Below, in pieces: positions 54,251 through 64,000 of a stretch of 64,000 nt of DNA; position 1 is the first letter of the stretch; each line of letters opens with the position of its first letter. The position numbers and the translations under genes are program-made. The notes under the pieces were generated by a model. The model saw nothing but the letters and a program-made list of their open reading frames with translations, had not been told where the DNA came from and did no database searches. Origin of the DNA: Octopus sinensis (lineage: Eukaryota); contig NC_043011.1 of NCBI RefSeq assembly GCF_006345805.1, positions 65,546,464 to 65,610,463 on the forward strand, read 5' to 3'.

Positions 54251-56253
54251 TCTGACGTGTTCGGACGTTTTTTTTTTTTTGCTGCTCTAGTTGCCACGTG
54301 CTTCGACGTGAAATGTTGAATATTTGACTCGACTACAAGGTAGGCGTTTTGTATTTTTGGGGGCTTAGTGAATTTTATTGCTTGCATTTAATGTTTTTTA
54401 GCATTTAATATTTTTTAGCGGGTAATAAACTCCACTTTGCTCCAGATATATTTTTTCTGCCTGTGGTCGAGTATAAAGTCTCACTTTGTAGTGAGAATTG
54501 TGTTTTTTTTAAGAGGCGTAGCCCCACCTCAAAAATTAACGTGTGTAATTGCCTTTGTCTTCGGATTTACCAACGGAGTACCAAGAATATTAACACAAGT
54601 GAATTACCAGTGGCCTGGAATACCTTTTTGGCCGGGAAAAAAGAAGAAAGAAAAAAAATTATAACAATTCCTTTGCCTGGATTTGAACTCTCTTCTGCTA
54701 TCTTTTATTTAAAAAAAAACTTTTTTGAACTGCTGTTTCTAATTTTGTTTCTTCCCTTCTGTTCTGTTTTTTTTTCTTCTTTTTTTTGTCTATTTATTTT
54801 TATCACGTTGTACTATTTTTTGAACTTTTGTTATGGCAAAGGAGTTTACCATATGGGTGTTGACACCTCCGAAATGTTATCTGAAGGAGCTAGAGGACAA
54901 AACCGTGGTTTTGAGGACTTATTCAAAGTCGCTCAACACCATGGCTGTCTTTCCGAAGGCCACTATTATTAACGAGCTGGCAGACTATATGCCAGCCGTT
55001 AAATACATCGCACGGGGAGTCAAATACGCAACGGTTTGGTTGCTGTTTAACTCCCCTAAAGCAGCTTGCGACTTTGCAAGCAAGCCCATTGAGGGCAAGG
55101 AGATATTGTTCCTCCCTAATTACAAGGGACAAAAATTCTTGAGAGCTTGGGTCTGCGGCTTGCCACCCGGCGTTGAACCCGAGTGGATAGATGACTCTAT
55201 CCGCCGGGGTCTGGGTGGTAGCAGCGCCAAGCTCCTAAACGTAAGGATAAAGCCTGCGGCTGATTGGGAGCGATCAAAGGATACTTTGACCCTATGGACC
55301 CAATCACCGAAAAGTCTGGTTTTGCAGGACTTCTTGAGGATGGCCGGGTCCAGGTATCCGGTGATGCTTGAGGGACCCCCCCCCCAAGTAGGATCCTGGA
55401 GAAGTTGATATCGGAGCCTCTCCCTGCCCCACCAATAGAGGGAGAGAGACAGAATGAGGAAGCGGTGACTTCCTGAAGGAGAAAACGAAAAGTGGGGAAC
55501 AATGCTGACCCACTAAAAGACCCGGAAGCTACGGGAGAAAGAGTGGATCCGGCGTGTACAACACCGGAACCTCAACCTTCCGTGGCCCACGGTAAAAAGA
55601 AAAAAAGAAAGAAGAGAAACAGAACGCCGCCAGCGGATTGTAACACGCAGACGGCGTGTCCCATGTCTCCTCCGGCGGTTGTGGGGCCGGAGAAATATTA
55701 TGTAATCCACTTCTACAAAGGAGGAATATTAGAAAATGAAACACGTAAAATGAGGAAGAGAAGCCAATGGGAGGGACTTCGGTCCTGTGTGGAGGATACC
55801 GAGTGGCCTCCGCAGCTGGCTGCGGAGGTCCGATTCCATAACGATCGGTGCAGGATCGAGAATTCTCTCCCGGAGGAGTCCTTTCATTTTATACCGGTAT
55901 GCGTGGGCCTGACGAGGAACGATTGCGTCAATAAAGCAAGAGCGTTCATCAGCCGGGTAACGTGAACCTGTTTTTGTATTATATTGAGATAGAGGTTTAT
56001 TGCCTCTGGAAACATTTTTGAATTTGTAATTTGTAAAATTTGGAATTTTTGTGAAATTTTGGAACTTTTGTCAAATTTTGGAAATTTTGTGAAATTATTG
56101 AAAAAAGAACAATGTCTTAGAGAAGCGGAAGTCGGCGGGCGCTTTCGTCTTCTCCCATCACAATCTTCATTCCATCACCATCATTCATTAAAGTCTATGT
56201 CCAGCCCGTAGCTACTATCTGTGTACTGCCCTAGTGGCAAATTAAATAAAATA
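54251..56253 (+). mobile_element. ~2 kb internally deleted Tx1/L1-like element with a 16-bp TSD
   Basis: TSD aagtagct(c/t)gctaacc at 54235-54250 and 56254-56269; A-rich tail aattaaataaaataaa. ORF 54833-55408 is ORF1/RRM-like (TVWLLFNSP, RAWVCGLPPGVEPEWI). No RT present, and the clade assignment is tentative. Confidence 0.6.
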
Positions 56254-56269
56254 AAGTAGCTTGCTAACC

Positions 56270-56645
56270 AACCACATGGTTCCGGGTTCAGACCCACTGC
56301 GTGGCATCTTGGGCAATTGTCTTATGCTATAGCCCCGGGCCGACCAATGCCTTGTGAGTGGATTTGGTAGACGTAAACAGAAAGAAGCCTGTCGTATATA
56401 AGTATATATATATGTCTGCGTGTGTGTATGTGTTTGTGTGTCTGTGTTTGTCCCCCTAGCATTGCTTGACAACCGATGGTGGTGTGTTTCCGTGCCCGTC
56501 ACTTAGCGGTTCGGCAAAAGAGACCGATAGAATAAGTACTGGGCTTACAAAGAAAAAGTCCCAGGGTCCTTTTGCTCCACTAAAAGGCGGTGCTCCAGCA
56601 TGGCTACAGTCAAATGACTGAAACAAGTAAAAGAGTAAAAGAGTA
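56270..56645 (+). mobile_element. Remainder of the split family B SINE
   Basis: aaccacatggttccgggttcagaccc...aaacaagtaaaagagtaaaagag tail. Confidence 0.85.
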
Positions 56646-56750
56646 TATATATAACTATCAAATGTATTAAAAGTTTAATATAATATAAAGAGTAAACCCA
56701 CTACGATCGTCACATGCCCATAAACAAATTGACTTGCCTAATAGTGGTTT

Positions 56751-56809
<59 letters not shown>

Positions 56810-56836
56810 AGCATTATTAAATCTCAGAATGAGATA

Positions 56837-56896
<60 letters not shown>

Positions 56897-56904
56897 CATA
56901 TATA

Positions 56905-58060
56905 CACGGTGAGGTGGATAAATTATCGCCATTTTATATATTTAATTTCGAGCATGCGCATTATTTGATTTTGCCTTTGTCGAACACAGTATAGTAAGGT
57001 CGGTTGGACATTGTCGGTGAGAAAACAACAATACCATGACGTAATTCACTCTGCCAGAAATCTGGAGAGGACATACTGTACTGCTGGGAATTCACGCAAG
57101 AAACTCCAAGACGAAGATTTCTGAGTGTTTGGGTATCACTCAGAGGATAATGGAGATGATTTGAAAAAAGTTGGATGGATGAGTCAAATGTTGGTTATAA
57201 AGGTACGGCAGCTTTTAAAACTACTCTCATCGTTCTTGTGAGAAAAGAACTCCTGAATTTGTTGGTGAGATCCAGGCCATAATTGTCAATGATCCCTTTA
57301 AAACGATCACTCCCAACTGTAGGACATGTGTGTGTCTGTTTACTTTATCAGGCATGTAGTGCATGAATACATCTAGTATTCATCATAAATGTTGCGATGG
57401 CCCAGAATTTATCTGAATCAAATAAGAACACGAGGAAATACCGCGTTACTGAGGTTTTGAAAAGACGCAAGAATCCCTTCTAACCAAACATGCTTTGATT
57501 TTTCTCAGACGAAAGAAATCTCTGCCGGGATCATATGGTGAACATGCAGAGGAAACATTGACTTCCCGTGTCCCCAAAACATTTACCGAGATCAAAAATA
57601 AAAGATCCAATCAACATCATGGTGTTTGCAAAGATTACCTGTAGTGGCGAGCGAAGTTATGCTCGAATCATCTTCCCATACGGCCTCACACTCAAACTGA
57701 GGCCTAAATCAAGTGCTTGGAGGAGACATTGCTGTCCTGGGCACAATGGGTGTTAGATGAATGGCCCCATCTTGCAACAGCTCTCTACACAATGTCACAC
57801 AAGCAAGAAAACACAGTCATGGCCGTCTGTCACTTTCTGCAAACCCATCATCCTTAACATCTGGCCACCTAACTCACCAGACGGAGAGAACCATTGATTA
57901 TTATGCGTGAGGCGCAGTTGAGTTCCAAGGGATTGCGAATTCGTCTGGAGGTCGCAATTGAAACGAATGAGGAATATATTGAATATAGATTTTGTTTGGT
58001 ATTTCAAGATAATTTTCTGTAATCGTGGCAAATATAGCTTTTAAAATGAGATGGCAGTGC
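56905..58060 (+). mobile_element. Decayed Tc1/mariner-superfamily transposon (DD37D/maT-like)
   Basis: TA-cacggtg start; fragments FSDER, KDPINIMVFAKIT, IFPYGL, IWPPNSPD..PLIIM. Right end approximate. Confidence 0.7.
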
Positions 58061-58178
58061 TATTTTCATTTTTGCGTGATCTAGACAATATATGGATATG
58101 TATTTCTCTCTCTGTCTCTCTGTCTCTCTCTGTCTCTCTTTCGCTCTCTCTTATTTATATATATATACATATATATAT

Positions 58179-58245
<67 letters not shown>

Positions 58246-58640
58246 GCAAACGAAACCTGAAACCTGAATTTACCATGCAGATACCTACTACAAAGGACAT
58301 GATATACACACATCGTCAACAACACCACCTAAGAACAGTGGAAATAGCAGCTCAGCAGATAAAATGAATTCTTCCCAGCTGTAGTTATGGAAGAAACCGT
58401 GACTTCAAAACGCATTTTTTCTTGGAGTCATAAATTAAACGTTCATTTATTTATCCGTTACAAACGAGCGTAAAAAGCCCTCGGGTTGGCTAAAACATAT
58501 ACGCATGTATATGCATGCATGCATAAGTACCTACAAACAAAAATAACACAGACACAAACCCAGAGACGGCACTTCACCCCATGCCATATTCACGTATATA
58601 TGTATGTATATATATGCAAATACATTTGTGTGTGTGTGTG

Positions 58641-58696
<56 letters not shown>

Positions 58697-58772
58697 GGTG
58701 TCCACAAAGTCTGGGTACATGGGGATTAACACGTACTTTAAGAAATAATTATTCCTTATGTTTGATTCTTTG

Positions 58773-58809
<37 letters not shown>

Positions 58810-60654
58810 CATTCATTCTTATATTATTGCGGCGTTAAGTGCACCCCCCCCCCGTTTGTTTGTCCAATTTTAAACCCTGCACGACTTCTATACACACTGT
58901 CTTTCCTACCCGCCATTGTTTCTTCACCAAACATTTTGGCGCCCTCCGATTCTTCCCCTCTCTTCCTCCCATCCTCCTCCCCTCTTCCTCCCATCCTCCT
59001 TAATCCCTTCTTTCTCCTTTTCTCTTGGTCACTGATTCTGTCCCCTGCCTTCCACCCTCTTTGATTCCCTCTCTCTCTGTCTCTCTTTCTCTCTCTCCTG
59101 CGACCTGCTGCTTCTTAAACCATTCTGTTGGCCTTCGTATCTCGACCAACATGTGTCCCCGCTACCGAAACGGTAATTATTTCTACGCCAGCTATGTTGT
59201 TGTTGTTGTTTTGTCTCATTTGGTCTAAAGTCGTATGACAACCACCGTTATATATATTTTGTTTATTCATTACTGTTTTCAATTTCGTTTTCGTCTCTTG
59301 TATTCACATCCGTCTTGTGCGTTCACATTCCTGTCTTCTACCAAGAAATCTAATGCTTACAGCTTAGTTTTTTTTCTTGGGGCTGGCCGAGTTGGAGCAA
59401 ATATCAGAATTGAACAGCCGAAATTTGCTATGATGATTCGGTGTCTGACTGAAGATTGAAGGCTTCGAATGATTTGTCTGTGTTCCGTGTTCGTCCCTTC
59501 CTGTATTTCACGTTCATTATATATAAAAACATTCATTCTTATATATATATATATATATATATATATCCTTCGCTTCGTTCCGTTTCTTATCCTCCGAGTA
59601 TTGTTTTATTATATATATGTACTGAACCTGTCGAAGGCAATCCTACACGTAGAAACATGACGTTCTTTTGAAATTCTCCCTAAGGAATTAACCAATTGAC
59701 ATGTTTCGAATATGGGTATTTGATTTGAAATTTATTTCTTTATGTGAATTGATTGGACGTGGAAAGAGCTAAAGGCAAGAAAATCTTTGCATGAATTTGA
59801 ATGTTTTTAAGTAAATAATATATGTCAGTGAATCTTAGCCATTTTCGTGATTTTCTCATTCATGAATTTTATTTTTAAATACCTATAAAGCTTAATGCTA
59901 AACTAACATACATGCTCTTCATTTAATGCTGGGATAAACGGGATAACCATGATTCCCTTAAGGGGATTAAGTTCCTTGTCTTAATAAAGTCTTTATATGA
60001 AATCATATACAAACAAAGGTTTACACGCACACACGCACATAGAAGTAAACAGATAGATAAAGTCACTAAGAATATAACAATAGCATCTCAGATGAGGCCA
60101 AAATTGGTTTGGTTAAAAAGAGATCGCTGAGAGAGACATTTATTAGACGGGGCTTAATTATTTCCTTGGTAAATATGTCATATTAAAGATGGCAGGCATG
60201 ATGCGAAAATCTTGCCGCCTGTCTCTAAGTGCTGAAGACAGCAAAAGTTCTCAAAATTGCGACAAAATCTGTAACAAGAATAGCGGTTTGCAGTAGACTG
60301 TAATTTCTGCACAGGTCAATGATACTCTGATATGTAAATCGTCTCGATGGTATATTGATAAACCTATTAGCAATATTAATATATTATAATGAAATCAAAA
60401 CAAAGATCAAAAGATTATTCGACTGCTTATCTAATGTTCTTGGTTTTGGCTTCATTATAATACAGCAATTATAATTATAATAAATACAATTATTATAATT
60501 CTACAAACGTAATACACTACAAACTGCCAATGTTATTAGCTCGTGGATTCCTTATTAGAGGTTGCTTAATGAATCTGCATTACAATGATTCAATAATACA
60601 TGGTAGTATTCCGGTTATATTAAAAATAGCTATTCTATATTTAAATGTTGAAGA

Positions 60655-60812
60655 AAGGCGGAGGAGTGGCTCTGTGGTAAGTAGCTTGCTTACCATGGTT
60701 CCGTGTTCAGTCTCACTGCTTGGCACCTTGGGAAAGTGATTTCTACTATAGCCTCGGGCCGACCAAAGCCTTGTGAGTGGATTTTGTAGACAGAAACTGA
60801 AAGAAGCCCGTC

Positions 60813-60897
<85 letters not shown>

Positions 60898-61130
60898 TGT
60901 GCGTGTGTGTCTGTGTTTATGTCTGTGTTTGTCCCCCAACATCGCTTGACAATTGATGCTGGTGTGTTTCCGTCCCCGTAACTTAGCAGTTCGGCAAAAG
61001 AGACCGATAGAATAATTACTAGGCTTACAAAGGATAACTCCTGGGGTCGATTTCTTCGACTAAAGGCGGTGCTCTAGAATGGCCGCAGTCAAATGACTTA
61101 AACAAGTAAAATAGTAAAATAGTAAATACT
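60655..61130 (+). mobile_element. Full family B tRNA-derived SINE with internal (TA)/(TG)n
   Basis: ggagtggctctgtggtaagtagc head; aaacaagtaaaatagtaaaatag tail. Confidence 0.88.
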
Positions 61131-61191
61131 AGGGCTCTACCAAGGCTAGCACAGTAATTATTGATGGAATAGTTTCGATGAAATAACTTAC

Positions 61192-61218
61192 CTTATATTG
61201 GTTACTTTTGAAAAGGAA
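61192..61218 (-). CDS. Candidate 27-nt exon, paralogue 2
   Basis: Strong sites ttgctttctgatttcag|ttccttttcaaaagtaaccaatataag|gtaagt. Reads VPFQK* in phase 1 or FLFKSNQYK in phase 0. Confidence 0.42.
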
Positions 61219-61458
61219 CTGAAATCAGAAAGCAAATATCATAGGTGAAAATCTACGACACAGTATAAGTACTTATCCAGATTCGTTTGGCATCACGTGC
61301 CAGTTAAACAAAGACTTAATATTTGTTGGTACGTATGTGCATTGGCTTTTGGTTGTTGAATATGATAGTGGGAAAATAATACTGGCTGCTTTTTCTAGTT
61401 TGCCGATTTCCCGTAAAGGGAGTGAGTAGATAATAATAAAGCACATACTGGCACTCAC

Positions 61459-61477
61459 CTATTTGCTTTGATGCAGT
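61459..61477 (-). CDS. Candidate 19-nt microexon, paralogue 2 (TASKQI + 1 nt)
   Basis: gtgatttccgtttag|actgcatcaaagcaaatag|gtgagtgcc; same donor context as 28460. Confidence 0.4.
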
Positions 61478-61989
61478 CTAAACGGAAATCACAGAGCGAA
61501 TTGCTGCAGAGGTGAATGTTGCGTTTCGTTAATGCTATCATGGAAAGATAGAGACTATGTTGCGAAATAGTTGGGTTCCAACTGATTAAATATATTAGAA
61601 AATTAACGATAAATGTAATTAACTTAAAAAATTAACGATAAATGCAATTACTTTCAAGAGAGTAGATTGCACAATCCTTATGTAATACCAGCCGCTTTTT
61701 TTTCAGATTAAAATGTTTTTAATAGTTAATTCATCTTGTTTTTATATTTATGAATGCGCTAATCTTGATATATGTTTGTGGCAGTCATGTAAAACTTGGA
61801 ATGATATTCAAATTATTTTTACAGACCTACGATATTTACCCAACAATTACCAATGGGTATATTACAGTTATGTAATTCTAGGGCTGATTTAATTATCAGC
61901 AAAGGTGTTAGGCCTTGGTGTCCTTAATGAAAAATGTCTAAGGGATCTGCTTTACAATGAGTAAATATTGTGAAATAATATTATAATCA

Positions 61990-62720
61990 TGGCTACAATA
62001 AAAGATTTTATCAAAAGGCTCCCGGCGTATTCGAAATATTGACCCTGTACAGCAATATACCGATCAGAGCGTTACTACAACTTTTATAGTTCGGCCTGGA
62101 ATTTGTTTTCGCAAGCGAGTCGAAGACATTCTGCAATTCACTCTGGACCTTGACATCGGTGTTGAAACGGTGACATTTGAGCTGGTGTCTGCAGGTGCTA
62201 AGTCTGGCGAATAGTGCGGGTGCAGAAAACATACCATGTTGTTTTTGGTGAGAAACTACGGATGAGGAGAAGCTCGGGTAAGAATCCAGTTATTCGCGCT
62301 CCAGTGATCCAGTCGTTTCCATCGCATGTTTCTCCCTCAAACGTTTTAAAACGTTGCAGATCAACTCTTGATTGACGACTTGGCCTTGACAGACGCATTT
62401 TCTATGCACAATGCTAAATTTCCAGGGAAGAATTTCTTGGCAGGTCTTCCAGGTCTTTCATCGTCTTCCAGGCACGTTCTTCTGCTATTGAAGCATCCGT
62501 ATCAGTCGAAATATTGCTTCTTCAAAATTAGCTTGCCGAACTCTGCTCAGTATCTTTGTAGCAGACTTTCCAAGTTTAACGCAAAATTTCATTTTGGCTA
62601 TTTCTTCCTGTCCATGACAAAATCGCAGACACCAGCATGCATGTGATCCCAAAATCTCATATTTCACAACTTGCGAAGTAAACACAGAAATGCCATTCGG
62701 CACACTGCCCCATGAAGGTC
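61990..62720 (-). mobile_element. Internally deleted, decayed mariner
   Basis: MKFCVKLGKSAT N-terminus and HRFNTDVKVQSELQNVFDSL C-terminal fragment. Confidence 0.75.
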
Positions 62721-62893
62721 ACCACTAGCTCTCACTGCGCACACAACTGCCCGCTTTTATATGCCGGTGCCTTACAAACCTTGGTCGGGAACTTGTTGAT
62801 ACAACATTGTAACATTTTAATACATACTGATAGAAGTGGAATCGAAGACAACGCATTAATTTTTGATACAATTCTTAATATGAAATCGCATAC

Positions 62894-62914
62894 CTGTCTA
62901 GCTCGAGAGTTGTA
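62894..62914 (-). CDS. 21-nt microexon, paralogue 2 (YNSRARQ)
   Basis: ttttgcttttcttttacag|tacaactctcgagctagacag|gtatgc; phase 0-0. Confidence 0.58.
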
Positions 62915-63869
62915 CTGTAAAAGAAAAGCAAAATGCAAGTGTCAGGAATATGAATGCCACATGAGTGTTTTTAATTTATCTTCATAAATATATCTTAATT
63001 AGGATGATCATTACGAAATATCATTATTATATTTTTGTGATAAGTGATAGTGCTGGCAAAGAACTAAATTTGTTGTCACCTGTGTTAATTAATTGCTGTA
63101 GTTGATGAAATATGATGGTAGTAAACTGCTACAAGCTGTTAATTCCATCTTACCGATACGAAACATAGCGTTAGTGATATATTTCGAAAATGAATTATTA
63201 TCTTTTAACCGCCAGTAAATTATGGTTTTTGGATTGAAGCGCTTTCCTCTCAATGAAAAAGATCATTAGAAATAGTTTTGTTACAGGAAAGCGGTTTTAC
63301 TTTAGGTATACACCACCTTAAACGTGAGTCACTCTTTAATAACGTTAAGTCAATTTGTGGTCCCTGTAGCATAACATACTTCAAACCTCTGCATCATAAT
63401 ATGTTACAAAAGATTTTCATGAAAAGTAGGAATTGAAAATATTTTCAAATTTTCGTCACTATATATATTTGACGGCGTAGCATGTTTATGGACAATCTGC
63501 TTACTATGACCCTAGTCTTTAAAATCTATGTAGAATGTCTGAGACGTCGACAGTGTATTTATGATAATTATATTCACAACCACGTCTCTCGGATGCAATG
63601 GTAAGTTAACTTTATAATTTTATCATAACAACAGCATAGATGCACAAACCATATATTGGATAACAGTGCTATTTAAAATCTCGTTAAGAATATCAATTTA
63701 AGCATGCAGACTGTATACTCCGCAAGTAAACATTATAGTGTATTTCTCACAATGAATCGACAGATATTTCAAAATGAGTTAACAGATATCAGATAACAAA
63801 ATGACAGCTTTTCTTCAGGAGTTACATTTATTAAAAATGAAACATAAATACGTATAAATTACAATGTAC

Positions 63870-63954
63870 CTCGCAATGGTGAGCAATTCTAAACATCAGG
63901 TAACATGTAGCGTTGTCGTCAGGTGTAAAACATTGTAAGAGGTCAGCATAACCA
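63870..63954 (-). CDS. 85-nt Cys-rich exon, paralogue 2: (C)GYADLLQCFTPDDNATCYLMFRIAHHCE
   Basis: ttgtgttattccag acceptor and GTACAT donor; phase 2 to 0; shares Y,L,C,D,CY,FR,AH,C with the paralogue 1 exon. Confidence 0.72.
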
Positions 63955-64000
63955 CTGGAATAACACAAGACATTTTTGAAAGATCGTTTACAACTGGAAC

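Noticed and set aside
54463-54972. 169-aa ORF upstream of the Tx1-like ORF1
   Set aside because: Mostly a T-rich UTR giving poly-Phe; no recognisable domain.
58803-59545. ~25-bp direct repeat tataaaaacattcattcttatat bracketing a 740-bp pyrimidine-rich segment
   Set aside because: Could be a TSD or tandem pLTR, but no ORF, ribozyme or second copy was identified, so it was left uncalled.

Overview
This is AT-rich, microsatellite-dense eukaryotic DNA. The SINE families and repeat landscape are most consistent with a cephalopod (Octopus-like) genome, which is an inference. Most of the window is nested, mostly decayed mobile DNA: an R4/Dong-type RLE LINE end, two near-full-length tail-to-tail CR1/Jockey-group LINEs plus a truncated third, an RTE LINE, a Tx1/L1-like deletion derivative inside a SINE, an ~11 kb Penelope-like (GIY-YIG) cluster with nested inverted repeats, mariner/Tc1 relics, a Helitron 3' end and many tRNA-derived SINEs. 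All long poly-I/N/YI ORFs are microsatellite artefacts. Three things stand out. (1) The minus strand appears to carry three head-to-tail paralogues of a tiny microexon-built gene, predicted to encode ~63-aa signal-peptide-bearing peptides with a C-x7-C-x8-C-x9-C frame; exon-length differences between paralogues compensate exactly. (2) Several hammerhead ribozymes sit in Penelope-type inverted repeats, including a canonical one whose cleavage site marks a foldback boundary and a U3:A8 compensatory-core variant. (3) The two full-length CR1-group LINEs are bounded by (TA)n and have an ORF1 combining a Myb/SANT-like domain with tandem CCCH zinc fingers. All calls were made by eye, without database searches.
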